DNA of 64,000 nt, from assembly GCA_964495385.1 (NCBI GenBank), contig CAZBVO010000004.1:20821-84820 (forward strand), written 5' to 3'. Position 1 is the stretch's first letter; each line of letters opens with the position of its first letter. This stretch comes from an uncultured Faecalibacterium sp. GTDB lineage: Bacteria; Bacillota; Clostridia; Christensenellales; CAG-917. The notes under the pieces are model-generated. The model worked only from the letters and a program-made list of their open reading frames with translations, made no database searches and had not been told where the DNA came from. This document shows positions 1-9,900 of the stretch, piece by piece. The translations under genes were made by a program, and so were the position numbers.

Positions 1-591
1 AAGCACCGACAAAACCGCCGAATCGATGCTTTCCGACAGCAGGTTGTCGGCGCTTCTAAAGCTGAAATTTTGCGCCGCTTCGGATGAGGCGGATTTTGTT
101 TTAAAAACAAGTCCGTTTAACAGAGCGGCAAGGCCGCAACAGGCCAAAACCGCATAGCCTGCCGCTTTGTTTTGAAGCATTCCCGTGCCGACGGTTCCGA
201 CGATAAAAATCGGGCCGGCAACCGACGTAAAAGTTGAAATTTTTTTACATTCGGCCGTGCAAAGCACGCCTTCGGAGTAAAAATCGGCCAACATTTTGGC
301 GCCTGCAGGATAGCCAGAAAGCATGCTCATGACAAAGACGTACGCACTTACGGGCGGCGTGTGATAAACTTTTGAAAACGGTTTGCCGAGTGCCTTCGAA
401 AAATCGTTTCCGAATCCCGAAAGCGTCAAAAGTTTCCCGTAAAAAAAGAAGGGGAAAGTGCCCGGCAGTACGCTTACGGCAAACAGCACCAAACCGCTTT
501 TTACCGACCGGGCATAAACTTCCGGTTTCAACAACAAAAGGGCAAGCATCCCCAAAGCAAACGTGTAAACGAAAATCTTTTTGGCGCGCAT
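1..591 (-). CDS. ylbJ: YlbJ-like sporulation integral membrane protein (nucleoside-recognition/Gate domain), first 197 codons; gene runs off the left edge
   Basis: Not in the ORF track because it is open at the edge. My minus-strand translation from the ATG at 591-589 gives MRAKKIFVYTFALGMLALLL...SMLSGYPAGAKMLADFY...FTSVAGPIFIVGTVG. It is multi-TM, and the SGYP.GAK and P.FI.G motifs are typical of YlbJ. It sits next to ylbM/tmcAL as in Bacillus. Confidence 0.65.
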   Translation of the reverse strand, partial: MRAKKIFVYTFALGMLALLLLKPEVYARSVKSGLVLFAVSVLPGTFPFFFYGKLLTLSGFGNDFSKALGKPFSKVYHTPPVSAYVFVMSMLSGYPAGAKMLADFYSEGVLCTAECKKISTFTSVAGPIFIVGTVGTGMLQNKAAGYAVLACCGLAALLNGLVFKTKSASSEAAQNFSFRSADNLLSESIDSAVLSVL

Positions 592-627
592 ACCTATTCT
601 TATTCGAAAGATGCGGTTTTTAGGCAT

Positions 628-650
628 AAAAAAAGCCGCCCGAAGGCGGC
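628..650 (-). terminator. intrinsic terminator after tmcAL
   Basis: The minus-strand RNA reads GCCGCC-UUCG-GGCGGC followed by U7. Confidence 0.75.
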
Positions 651-658
651 AAATTCCG

Positions 659-1789
659 TTACGGATAAACAATGTCTCTGATTTTTGCGGCGTATTCGTT
701 CAGGCGGAAGCTTTCGGCTTGCGTTTCGTCCAAATTTTCGACGTCTTTGCCTCTAACTACAAATTGGCGGTTGTTTGCCGCAAGTATTTTTAAAAGTTCT
801 GCGTCCGATTCAAGCATATTGCAATACGGTTCGGCCGCCGTGAGCTTTTTAAGCGTTGCCTTGTCGATTCCCAGCAGAGTATAAACGAGTACACGCTTTA
901 TTCTGGCCATGGTAAAACGCTTTGTTTTTACGTTTTCGACAAGCGAAGCGTAGTCGGCGGACTTGTCCGCGGCGGATTTCAGGCGGTTTTCGAGGCCTTC
1001 GGAAACGTCGGGCAGATTTTCAAGTTCCGCTTTCGATTTTCCGCTTACGCCGTAAAGCACCAATGCCGAAAGATTTTTGTCGGTGTAGGCAGGGGAAAGA
1101 GTGTCGTAAACGTACGTCGGAAGGTACGGTCTGACGTTTTCCCGTTTGCCCGAAAAAAGTGCTTCTCTTATTGCGGTTGCCGAAGCGAAATCGCCTCCGA
1201 GCTGTGTCGAATTATAGTCGTTTTGACGTTTTACGGTGTGAAAATTGATGTTTAAACCCAGTTTTTTGGCGGCTTTAATGTACTCGACGGCTAAAATGTT
1301 GTTTGGCGCGGACAGCACTTCGGCCACCTGCGGATGGGTGTCGGCGAGGGCTTTGTGGCGAGCAAGAGGAAAGCTCATGCCGAGTTTGAGGTTGTCCTTT
1401 AGATGCTGTTTAAAACCGTCGGTTTCGTTGCCGACGGCTTCTGCCGCGCGTTGCAACAAACTAAGGTCGCCGCACTCCGAACCGAAAGACAGCGTCAGGT
1501 CGTGCCCCGAAAAACAGCCGATGATTTTCAGCGCGCCTTCCGAGAAGATTTCGGCATTTGCGACCGAGTGGCAAACGGGAAGTTCGATGACTGCGTCCGC
1601 ACCGGCAAGGGCCGCCCAAGCGGCTCGTGTTTTACGGTCTGCTACCGCAAAATCGCCTCTTTCGGTGATGCTTCCGCTCATAATCACGACAAGTTTTTGC
1701 GCATCGGTTTCTTCTTTGGCCGCTCGAAGCTGAAAAAGGTGTCCGCTGTGAAGAGGGTTATATTCGGCAATAACGAATGTAATTTTCAT
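659..1789 (-). CDS. tmcAL: tRNA(Met) cytidine acetate ligase TmcAL (YlbM/UPF0348 nucleotidyltransferase)
   Basis: 376-aa ORF. The N-terminus MKITFVIAEYNPLHSGHLFQL carries the EYNP.H.GH nucleotidyltransferase motif of YlbM. SD GAGGAAAA lies upstream. Confidence 0.8.
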   Translation of the reverse strand: MKITFVIAEYNPLHSGHLFQLRAAKEETDAQKLVVIMSGSITERGDFAVADRKTRAAWAALAGADAVIELPVCHSVANAEIFSEGALKIIGCFSGHDLTLSFGSECGDLSLLQRAAEAVGNETDGFKQHLKDNLKLGMSFPLARHKALADTHPQVAEVLSAPNNILAVEYIKAAKKLGLNINFHTVKRQNDYNSTQLGGDFASATAIREALFSGKRENVRPYLPTYVYDTLSPAYTDKNLSALVLYGVSGKSKAELENLPDVSEGLENRLKSAADKSADYASLVENVKTKRFTMARIKRVLVYTLLGIDKATLKKLTAAEPYCNMLESDAELLKILAANNRQFVVRGKDVENLDETQAESFRLNEYAAKIRDIVYP

Positions 1790-1838
1790 TTTTCCTCAAA
1801 AAAATCGTCCGCTTTGTCGGGTTTGAGGGCGATTTCGG

Positions 1839-1866
1839 TTGCAATTTTTTTAGTTTATATTATAAT
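1839..1866 (+). promoter_or_regulatory. sigma-A-type promoter candidate for pta-ackA (TTGCAA-16-TATAAT)
   Basis: The hexamers are read directly from the sequence, about 65 nt upstream of the pta ATG. Confidence 0.55.
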
Positions 1867-1893
1867 TATAATGTGATTTGCCGTTTAAGGCAA
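1865..1893 (-). promoter_or_regulatory. sigma-A-type promoter candidate for tmcAL (TTGCCT-17-TATAAT on the minus strand)
   Basis: The reverse complement of 1888-1893 is TTGCCT, and that of 1865-1870 is TATAAT. The -10 overlaps the pta -10 by 2 bp. Confidence 0.45.
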
Positions 1894-1931
1894 ACGAATT
1901 TTTACAAGGAAATACATTTTGGAGTTGAAAT

Positions 1932-2933
1932 ATGAGTAAATTTTTGGACAACCTGTTTCAAAGAGCAAAAGAAGCCGACAAAACCATCGCACTGGCCGAA
2001 GGTTTTGACAAAAGAGCGGTAAAAGCCGCCGAAATGCTGACCGAACAAGGCATTTGCAAAGTTGTGCTTTACGGCAACAAGGCCGATATCGCCGCCGCAA
2101 ATCCTGACGTTAAGCTTGACGGAATCGAAATCATCAATCCTGCCGACAGCGACAAAGTAGGCGCTTATGCCCAAAAACTTTTCGAACTCAGACAGGCAAA
2201 GGGCATGACTCTCGAGCAGGCCACCGCATTGGTTTCCGGCAACAATCTTTATTACGGAGCCATCGCCTTAAAACTCGGCGACATCGACGGTATGGTTGCG
2301 GGCGCAACTTATTCCAGTGCCGACGTTTTGAGAAGCGCATTGCAGGTTATCAAGGCAAAACCGGGCATCAAGTCGGTTTCCAGCTGCTTCATCCTTGCTC
2401 TTAAAGACGGTTTCGAGTATTGCAACGAGGACGCAATGGTGTTTGCCGACTGCGCCGTCATTCCGGAGCCGGACGCAAATCAGCTTGCCGACATCGCTTT
2501 GGCCGCGGCAGACAGCGCAAAATCTATTTGCTGCATGGAACCGAGAGTGGCTATGCTTTCGTTCAGCACCAAGGGCAGCGCAAAACACGACAGAGTCACC
2601 AAGGTGCAGGAAGCCGTTGCAATCGCAAAAGCCGCCCGTCCGGAACTTATGCTTGACGGCGAAATTCAGTTGGATGCGGCAATCGTTCCGTCGGTCGGAC
2701 ATCAAAAAGCTCCGGGAAGCAACGTTGCAGGCAACGCAAACGTTCTTGTTTTCCCTAATCTCGAAGCAGGCAACATCGGCTACAAAATCGCTCAACGCTT
2801 CGGCGGACACATGGCAATCGGCCCGGTTATGCAAGGTTTGGCAAAACCGATAAACGACTTGTCCAGAGGATGCGTTGCAGAAGATATCGTGGCAACCGCC
2901 GCAATCACCGCTTTACAGGCAACGGAAGGTTAA
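1932..2933 (+). CDS. pta: phosphate acetyltransferase
   Basis: 333-aa ORF with typical Pta sequence (IALAEG.D.R...[19 protein letters not shown]). GGAG SD is present, and the gene is immediately followed by ackA. Confidence 0.9.
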   Translation: MSKFLDNLFQRAKEADKTIALAEGFDKRAVKAAEMLTEQGICKVVLYGNKADIAAANPDVKLDGIEIINPADSDKVGAYAQKLFELRQAKGMTLEQATALVSGNNLYYGAIALKLGDIDGMVAGATYSSADVLRSALQVIKAKPGIKSVSSCFILALKDGFEYCNEDAMVFADCAVIPEPDANQLADIALAAADSAKSICCMEPRVAMLSFSTKGSAKHDRVTKVQEAVAIAKAARPELMLDGEIQLDAAIVPSVGHQKAPGSNVAGNANVLVFPNLEAGNIGYKIAQRFGGHMAIGPVMQGLAKPINDLSRGCVAEDIVATAAITALQATEG

Positions 2934-2937
2934 GAAT

Positions 2938-4152
2938 ATGAAAATTTTGGTTATAAACGCAGGCAGCAGTAGCCTGAAATATCAAATCATCGACATGCAA
3001 AACGAGGAAGTTTTGGCCAAGGGTATTTGCGAACGCATCACTTTCCCGGGCTCGGTCCTCACGCAAAAAACCGCAGACGGCCGCAAAACCGTCATCAATC
3101 AGGACATGCCTACTCACAAAGAGGCGTTGGAACTGGTTTTGAAAGCGCTTTTGGACAAAGAAGGCGGCGCCATTTCGGACATTAAGGAAATTTCCGCAGT
3201 AGGCCACAGAGTGCTTCACAGCGGCGAAGATTTTTCAAGCAGCGTGCTTGTTGACGACGAAGTCATCCGCATCTGCAAAAAGAACATCGACCTCGGTCCT
3301 TTGCACATGCCGGGCAACATCGGTTGCGTTGAAAGTTGCAGAGAAGTTTTGGGGCCGGACGTTCCGATGGCACTTGTTTTCGACACGACTTTCCATTCCA
3401 CCATGCCGCCTAAAGCATACCTTTACGGCGTGCCATATGAAGATTACGAGGCGTTTAAGGTCAGAAAGTACGGTTTCCACGGCACTTCGCACAAATACAT
3501 AACGGGCGAAATTTCCAAGTGGCTCGGCACGGATAAATTCAAAGCGATCATCTGCCACCTCGGCAACGGAAGCAGTTTGTCGGCGGTTAAGGACGGACTT
3601 TGTCAGGACACCACAATGGGCTTTACACCGCTCGAGGGCGTTATGATGGGCACCCGCAGCGGCGACATCGATCCGGCGGCAGTCGAATTTTTGGCAAACA
3701 AAAAGGGAATGTCCCTTGCTGAAACCGTGCAATATCTCAACAAAAAGAGCGGCATGTACGGCATAAGCGGTTTTTCCAGCGATTGCAGAGACCTCACCTC
3801 TGCGGCAGAAGAAGGCAACGAAAGGGCCGCGCTTGCGCTTGATATGACGGCTTATCGCATCAAAAAATACGTCGGAGCTTTTGCGGCAGTGCTGGGCGGC
3901 GCGGACGCAATCGTATTCACCGGCGGCATCGGCGAACACAGTTCTCTTATCCGCGGCAAGATTTTGGAAGGCTTGGAGTACATGGGCGTTGACGTCGATT
4001 TCGACAAGAACGAAAATCCGGACGACGTGAACGTTTCGGTCATTTCCAAACCGACGTCCAAAGTCAAGGTTGCAATCATTCCGACCAATGAGGAACTCGT
4101 TATTGCCCGCGAAACCAAGTTTTTGAGCGAAAACAAGGCGGCTAAATTGTAA
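2938..4152 (+). CDS. ackA: acetate kinase
   Basis: The track ORF starts at 2875, but the canonical N-terminus MKILVINAGSSSLKYQ begins at the ATG at 2938, just after the pta stop. GHRVLHSG and HLGNGSS motifs are present. Confidence 0.95.
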   Translation: MKILVINAGSSSLKYQIIDMQNEEVLAKGICERITFPGSVLTQKTADGRKTVINQDMPTHKEALELVLKALLDKEGGAISDIKEISAVGHRVLHSGEDFSSSVLVDDEVIRICKKNIDLGPLHMPGNIGCVESCREVLGPDVPMALVFDTTFHSTMPPKAYLYGVPYEDYEAFKVRKYGFHGTSHKYITGEISKWLGTDKFKAIICHLGNGSSLSAVKDGLCQDTTMGFTPLEGVMMGTRSGDIDPAAVEFLANKKGMSLAETVQYLNKKSGMYGISGFSSDCRDLTSAAEEGNERAALALDMTAYRIKKYVGAFAAVLGGADAIVFTGGIGEHSSLIRGKILEGLEYMGVDVDFDKNENPDDVNVSVISKPTSKVKVAIIPTNEELVIARETKFLSENKAAKL

Positions 4153-4169
4153 AATAAGCCTCTTTTTGG

Positions 4170-4198
4170 TTGACAAAAAACTTATAAATTTATATAAT
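4170..4198 (+). promoter_or_regulatory. perfect consensus promoter TTGACA-17-TATAAT upstream of yceD-rpmF-plsX
   Basis: TTGACA at 4170-4175, TATAAT at 4193-4198, exact 17-nt spacer. Confidence 0.7.
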
Positions 4199-4224
4199 AC
4201 AACTTGCCGTTTTGTGGAGGACAT

Positions 4225-4719
4225 ATGAAAATTGAGTTTTCAAAAGCAATTGAAGGGGAGTTTTACGAAGTTTCGGACAAATTCAAACCCGACGATTCAC
4301 TTCTTGACGGACGGCCACAGGCAAGGTTTACGGGCGAAGCGGACGTTTCGGGCTGGTACGTAGTCACGGACGACAACGTAGCCGTAAAACTGAACGTAAC
4401 GGTCCCTGCGGAGTTTTTGTGCGACAGGTGCGGCGACGTCACCGAAAAGGTCATCGAAGCGGAAGTGAAGGAAACTTTCTTCAAAAATCCGCCTGACGAA
4501 GATTCGTACACTTACTCGAATTACAGCATCGAGCTGGATCCCGTCATCGAGGAAAGGCTTGTGCTTGCGGTGCCTACGCAAATTTTGTGCAAAAACGATT
4601 GCAAAGGGCTTTGCCCTAAATGCGGGAAACGTCTCGAAGACGGCCCGTGCAACTGCGAAACCAGTCGGCTTGACAACGGTAAAAGCAATCCGTTCGCCGA
4701 TTTATTAGATTTAATTTAA
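4225..4719 (+). CDS. yceD: YceD/YlbN family DUF177 protein (large ribosomal subunit accumulation protein)
   Basis: The ATG at 4225 is preceded by GGAGG. The C-terminus has the Cys pairs C..C...C.C typical of DUF177. The position directly upstream of rpmF is conserved from E. coli to Firmicutes. Confidence 0.8.
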   Translation: MKIEFSKAIEGEFYEVSDKFKPDDSLLDGRPQARFTGEADVSGWYVVTDDNVAVKLNVTVPAEFLCDRCGDVTEKVIEAEVKETFFKNPPDEDSYTYSNYSIELDPVIEERLVLAVPTQILCKNDCKGLCPKCGKRLEDGPCNCETSRLDNGKSNPFADLLDLI

Positions 4720-4738
4720 CTTCGGGAGGTAACATAAA

Positions 4739-4927
4739 ATGGCAGTACCAAAAAGGAAAGTTTCCAAGGCAAGAAGAAACAGCAGAGCAGCCCAGACCTA
4801 CAAACTGACGGCTCCTAACCTCGTTGAATGCCCGCAATGCCACGAACTCAAGCTCAGCCACATCGTATGCCCTAAATGCGGTTATTATGACGGTGAGCAA
4901 GTTGTTGCAAAGAAGGACAAAGAATAA
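4739..4927 (+). CDS. rpmF: 50S ribosomal protein L32
   Basis: 62 aa, MAVPKRKVSKARRNSR..., with two CxxC pairs (zinc-ribbon form). Confidence 0.95.
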   Translation: MAVPKRKVSKARRNSRAAQTYKLTAPNLVECPQCHELKLSHIVCPKCGYYDGEQVVAKKDKE

Positions 4928-4942
4928 TTTTTCGATTTGACA

Positions 4943-4964
4943 GAGGCAGACAAAAGTCTGCCTC
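4943..4964 (+). other. 9-bp perfect stem-loop (GAGGCAGAC-AAAA-GTCTGCCTC) between rpmF and plsX
   Basis: Read directly from the sequence. No U-tract follows, so it is more likely a processing or stability element, or a partial attenuator, than a full terminator. Confidence 0.5.
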
Positions 4965-4993
4965 ATTTAACATATAAAAATTTAGGAGTCATC

Positions 4994-5995
4994 ATGAAAA
5001 TTATCGTTGATGCTTACGGCGGCGACAATGCTCCGGCCGAAATTATCGAAGGCGCGCTTATCGCACTTGAAAAGGATAAGTCGTTAGAAGTTGTTTTGGC
5101 GGGACGGGAGGAGGAAATCCTCCGGATTTTGGACGGAAGAACCGAACGTGTTTCCGTTTTGCCTGCCGAAGACGTTATCACCAACAACGACGTGCCGACC
5201 GTTGCGGTCAGAACCAAAAAGAACAGCAGTTTGGTTAAGGCTTGCTACGAACTGAAAAACAACGAAGAAATAGGCGGTCTTGTTTCGGCGGGAAGCACCG
5301 GAGCTTTGCTTACGGGCGCATATCTTATCGTCGGACGAATCGGCGGCATTCAAAAACCCGCTCTCGCGACGGTTTTGCCGCATCTCGACAGAAAAGGCGT
5401 GGTGCTTTGCGATTGCGGAGCCAATGCCGATTGCAGGCCTATTCATTTGGAGCAGTTTGCAGTCATGGGAAGTGCGTTTTGCTCGGCAATGCTCGACATC
5501 GAAAGGCCGAAAGTGGCACTTTTGAACAACGGTTCCGAGGAATGCAAAGGCGACGAAGTACATAAAGAAGCGTACAAAGCGATGAGCGAAAACGGAAACT
5601 TCGATTTTTGCGGCAACGTTGAGGGCAGGGACATTATTTCCGGTGCGGCAGACGTCATCGTAGCGGACGGTTTCAGCGGAAACGTTGCGCTAAAAAGCAT
5701 CGAAGGCACGGCTCTCGGGGTGTTTGCTCTCATGAAAAAGGGCATGAAAGAGGGCGGCTTTAAGGCCAAAATCGGCGCACTTTTGTTTAAGCCGGTGTTG
5801 AGAAACATCAAGCATAAACTCGACTACAACGACGTTGGCGGCGCATGCTTTTTGGGTGTAAAAAAAGTTGTCGTAAAAGCGCACGGCTCGTCCGATCGCC
5901 ACGCAATTTCGTCGGCGATATTGCAGGCAAAAAGCCTCGCCGAGGCAGGTATAATCGAAAAAATCAGGCAGGATTTGGACAAAATCAAGGAGTGA
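4994..5995 (+). CDS. plsX: phosphate acyltransferase PlsX
   Basis: The track ORF starts at 4937. The conserved N-terminus MKIIVDAYGGDNAP begins at 4994 with AGGAG upstream. A VKAHGSSD motif is present. Confidence 0.9.
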   Translation: MKIIVDAYGGDNAPAEIIEGALIALEKDKSLEVVLAGREEEILRILDGRTERVSVLPAEDVITNNDVPTVAVRTKKNSSLVKACYELKNNEEIGGLVSAGSTGALLTGAYLIVGRIGGIQKPALATVLPHLDRKGVVLCDCGANADCRPIHLEQFAVMGSAFCSAMLDIERPKVALLNNGSEECKGDEVHKEAYKAMSENGNFDFCGNVEGRDIISGAADVIVADGFSGNVALKSIEGTALGVFALMKKGMKEGGFKAKIGALLFKPVLRNIKHKLDYNDVGGACFLGVKKVVVKAHGSSDRHAISSAILQAKSLAEAGIIEKIRQDLDKIKE

Positions 5996-5996
5996 T

Positions 5997-6653
5997 ATGA
6001 GCGGTATCGAAAAAATCATCGGCTACAGTTTCAATAATCCACAGCTGCTGGAAACGGCGTTGACGCACCGTTCGGTCAAGGGCAAAACCTCCAACCAAAA
6101 CATGGAGTTTTTGGGCGACAGCATTTTGGGTTTTATAGTTGCCGAGGTTGTTTTTCGTCGCAATCCCGACTTTGACGAAGGCAAAATGACCGAGATGCGC
6201 AAAAATATCGTATCTCAAAAGCCGCTTGCCGAAGCCGTTTCGGCACTCGGATTGCAAAACTTTTTGCGGCTCGGGCGCAACGAATTCGAGCATAAAGTTC
6301 AAGAAACCGACAAAACCAAATGTGACCTTTACGAAGCATTGCTTGCGGCGGTTTATCTTGACGGAGGCATGGGTGAAGCAAGGAAGTTTGTCGCAAAAAC
6401 GTTGGGCGATTTGATGAAAAGGATGGAAGAGCATCGCGACCGCGATTACGATTACAAATCGAGGCTTAAGGAATTTGCCGACAAACATCGCCTGTCGTTG
6501 GAATTTAAGGAAGAAACAAAAGAACCGGGCGAGTTTGTTTTCACCGCCGTTTTGGAAGGCGACGAGCTTGGAACGGGGGTTGGAAAATCCAAAAAATCCG
6601 CACAGCAAATGGCCGCAAAAGAAGTTCTCGAAAAACTTGACAAACATCATTAA
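5997..6653 (+). CDS. rnc: ribonuclease III
   Basis: 218 aa. It has the RNase III signature NMEFLGDSILG and a C-terminal dsRBD (GKSKKSAQQMAAKEVLEKL). Confidence 0.9.
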   Translation: MSGIEKIIGYSFNNPQLLETALTHRSVKGKTSNQNMEFLGDSILGFIVAEVVFRRNPDFDEGKMTEMRKNIVSQKPLAEAVSALGLQNFLRLGRNEFEHKVQETDKTKCDLYEALLAAVYLDGGMGEARKFVAKTLGDLMKRMEEHRDRDYDYKSRLKEFADKHRLSLEFKEETKEPGEFVFTAVLEGDELGTGVGKSKKSAQQMAAKEVLEKLDKHH

Positions 6654-6662
6654 ACAAATTTT

Positions 6663-6697
6663 AAGCGACAAAACGTATGCGTTAAGTCGCTTTTTTG
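6663..6697 (+). terminator. intrinsic terminator after rnc
   Basis: AAGCGAC...GTCGCTT stem with inner AACG/CGTT pairing, followed by TTTTTT. Confidence 0.65.
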
Positions 6698-6756
6698 TTG
6701 CAAAAAACATTTTGCCCGTTTGAGAGTCGGTCAATATTTCGGTTGTCGGATTTTTG

Positions 6757-6784
6757 TTGAATTTAACAAAACGCCGCATATATT
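6757..6784 (+). promoter_or_regulatory. weak promoter candidate TTGAAT-16-TATATT inside the rnc-smc spacer
   Basis: The hexamers are read from the sequence. A terminator-like hairpin follows about 27 nt downstream. Confidence 0.3.
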
Positions 6785-6810
6785 TCAGGCAAATTCAAAT
6801 CTTGCGGTTT

Positions 6811-6838
6811 CCGAAGCAAATCATGCTTCGGATTTTTT
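6811..6838 (+). terminator. second, orphan terminator-like hairpin in the rnc-smc spacer
   Basis: CCGAAGCA-AATCA-TGCTTCGG followed by ATTTTTT. Confidence 0.55.
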
Positions 6839-6901
6839 CAACCTGCTTTTTTACGTACAAAAAAACAAGCGGCATTTTGACGGGCAAAACAATAAATTCG
6901 G

Positions 6902-6930
6902 TTGAAAAAAACAATATTATGTGCTATAAT
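6902..6930 (+). promoter_or_regulatory. promoter candidate for smc (TTGAAA-17-TATAAT)
   Basis: TTGAAA at 6902-6907, TATAAT at 6925-6930, about 58 nt before the GTG start. Confidence 0.6.
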
Positions 6931-6988
6931 TATACTAACTACATATTTGCGTATGCGCCGTGCGCGCACATGCAAGGGAGAAGTCACA

Positions 6989-9900
6989 GTGAACTTAAAG
7001 AAAATTGTACTTTACGGTTTCAAGTCGTTTGCAGACAAAACAACCATTCCGTTTGAATACAACATGACGGCTATTGTCGGTCCGAACGGCAGCGGAAAAA
7101 GCAACGTTGCCGATGCCATCCGCTGGGTTTTGGGCGAAAAGAGCGCAAAACAACTTAGAGGCACCAACATGAGGGACGTCATTTTTATGGGTACGGAGGC
7201 ACGCAAAAGCCTCAGTTTTTGCGAGGTCGAGCTTTATTTTGACAACACTGCCCGCATTTTCCCGATAGAATTCGACGAAGTGGTCATTTCCAGAAGGCTG
7301 GATCGCAGCGGCAACAGCGAGTATTTTATCAACAAGGCCAAAACCCGTCTTAAAGATATCACCAGTCTGTTGCACGACACCGGCGTAGGTACCGAAGGTT
7401 ACACGCTTATAGGCCAGGATAAGGTTAAGGACATCATATCTTCCAAACCGGAAGACAGGCGCATCATTTTCGAGGATGCCGCAGGCGTATCCAAATTTAA
7501 GGCGCAAAAGGCCGAAACGGTCCGCAAGCTTGAACGCTCGTCGGACAACCTTTCCCGTTGCAACGACCTCATCAACGAAATCGAAAACCGTCTCGGGCCG
7601 TTGAAGAAACAGGCCGAAGACGCAATGAAATATCGCGAACTGGCTGCCGAACTTAAATACAACGAAGTAAACTACTACGTTTACCGTTTTGAAAACAACA
7701 AAAGCCACGTCGACGGCATCAAGGAGCGTCTGACGCAAATTTTGTTGCAACTTAACGAAGCTGAACAGGCCTCGGCGAAAGCGCAAAACGATTACGACGC
7801 TTTGACTGAATCCATCAAAACGCTCGACGACAAGCTTGCCGACAGCAACAGCAGGCTTTTGAGCCTTAAGGTTTCGGAGGAAAGGGCATCGGGCACCGTG
7901 GGGCTTCACGAACAGCGCATTCGTCATTATACCGACGAACTCTCTAGGCTTGCCGACGAAAAGGCGTCCTTGGAAGCGCAACTTGCCGAAAAGGCCGACA
8001 GTCTTGCCGAGACGCTTAAAGAAAAGGAAGGAAAATCCGCCGAGCTTGCCGCCGTTTCCGAGCAATTTGCCGCCGAAAGCGATAAGCTCGAAAGGCTTGT
8101 TGCCAAAATCACCGCTGCCGAAAACAGCATCGAGGACAGCAACCGTCGCATGATGAGTGCCGCCGAAGAACTTGCTTCCATAAAGGGCAACATGTCCGCA
8201 CTCGTCAAGGAAAAGGAACTTAACGAAAAACTTTTGGAATCCAAAACCGAAAACGTTCTTGTTAAGAAAAACGCTTTGGATGCCGAGTACACCGACCTTG
8301 CGATAAACGAAGCCAATTTGAAAAAGACAATTCAAAAGGGCAACGATTTGGCCGCCGAGTACAACGAAAACATCAACGAATACAACGACAAAAAGCACAG
8401 TCTCGAAACTTTGGCGGAGGATTTGACAAAACTCAACGGCCGTATTTCGGCACTCGAAACCAAGCACAATTTGCTTGTCAGCCTGAAGGAGGAATACGAC
8501 GGTTTCGGCCTTGCAGTCAAACGTTTGATGCAGGACGCCAAAACCAATTCCGATTTATCTTCGAGGGTTCAGGGGGTTGTTGCGGAGATCATCAAAGCGC
8601 CGGCGGGCATGGAACTTGCCATCGAAACGGCTTTGGGCGGTGCGCTTCAAAACGTGGTTACCTCCAACGAAGACGATGCAAAGCACGTCATCGGATATTT
8701 GCAAAACAAACGTTACGGTCAAATAACCTTCTTGCCGCTCACCAGCTTTAAGCCTCGTATGCTCGAACCGGAGTACAAGTCCGCACTGTCGGAGCGCGGA
8801 TGCTACGGCATTGCCAGCGAAATTGTCAGCTACGACAAAAAATTCGACAACATCATAAAAGGCCTTTTGGGCAAAACGGTTGTTGTGGACAACATGGACA
8901 CCGCCGTCAGGATGGCCAAAAACTACCGTTACGGTTTCAAAATAGTTACGATGGACGGCAATCAGGTTGCAACCAGCGGTGCAATTCGAGGCGGTTCGGT
9001 TTCGAGAGCGGAAGGCAGCAGCATTTTGGGCAAGGAAAAGGAAATCGCCGAAGCGAAAGCCGCGTGGGATAAGGCAAAAAAGCAGTACGAACAGCTTATG
9101 ACCATGCGCCGCGACTACGAAAAAGCCATGGCGGATGCCGACGACAAGACGGTCAAAATTAAAGCCGAAATGGAAGAAATCAAAATTGCCGGCGGCGTAT
9201 TGACCGAAAAAATCAAAAAATGCAAACAGAACGTCGAGGTTATGGAAGAAGAAGTTCACATCATGGCCTCGGAAATCGAAACTTTGAAAAAGGGCGTAAG
9301 GGAAACCGCCGACAAATTGGGCTCCGTGGACAAGCTGGAAGCGGAAATTTCGTCGCAGAAAGCAATAAGCGGTGACCTTGCGGAAAAATCGAGGGCGCAA
9401 ACCGACCTCAACAAAAAAGAGCGTGACGAGTTGAACAGCAACGTTATTTCTCTGCGAGTCAAGATTGCCGAACTTAAAACGGAAATCGAAACTTCCGAGC
9501 AAGCCGCATTCCGCTTAAAACGTGAAGGCGACGTTTTGAACGAACAACTTTTGGACGACGTCGCGCGCATGCGCACGATAGAAGGCGAAGTTAACGCCGA
9601 AAAACTCAGGGCGCAAACGGCGGTTATGAGCAGAGAGGACCGCGAAAAAATCGAAAGCCTCACCAAAGATATCGTCGACCTTACCGAAGCCAAACGCAAT
9701 TCGCAAGCCGAGCTTCAAAACTTAAACAGCAAGCGTGTTCAAATCGGCGACACCGTAAGGGAACTGGAAGGGCAGCGTTACAAGCAGGAAGCCGCTCTCG
9801 AAAAGGCGGATAGCGACATCAAGTATCTCGAGGACCACGTTTGGCAGGAGTATTCGCTGACCTATCAAAACGCCGTCGAGCTTAAAGACGAGGCCTTCGA

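Noticed and set aside
2875-2937. N-terminal extensions of track ORFs. The coordinates given mark the first, ackA from 2875. The others are yceD from 4204, plsX from 4937, smc from 6902, lipoprotein to 15300, V-ATPase I from 33894, B from 40089, serC to 55286, rnj from 55882 and DUF512 from 60854.
   Set aside because: In each case a downstream start reproduces the conserved family N-terminus and has a proper SD. The upstream extension overlaps the preceding gene or a promoter region.
6720-7056. ORFs of 61 and 100 aa in the rnc-smc spacer.
   Set aside because: Neither has an SD. They run through the orphan terminator and the smc promoter, and their sequences look random. The region is better explained as regulatory or non-coding.
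6995-8467. Other long antisense ORFs. The coordinates given mark the first, 6995-8467, opposite smc. The others are 16599-17936 (opposite addB), 19388-20458 (addA), 22364-23488, 27148-28200, 47125-48375 and 48421-49749 (valS), 53874-54410 and 62476-63639 (der).
   Set aside because: All lie opposite genes with strong homology signatures. Their abundance is a property of the codon usage: stop-complement codons are avoided in the sense frame. It is not evidence for overlapping genes. The pattern is worth noting as a genome trait only.
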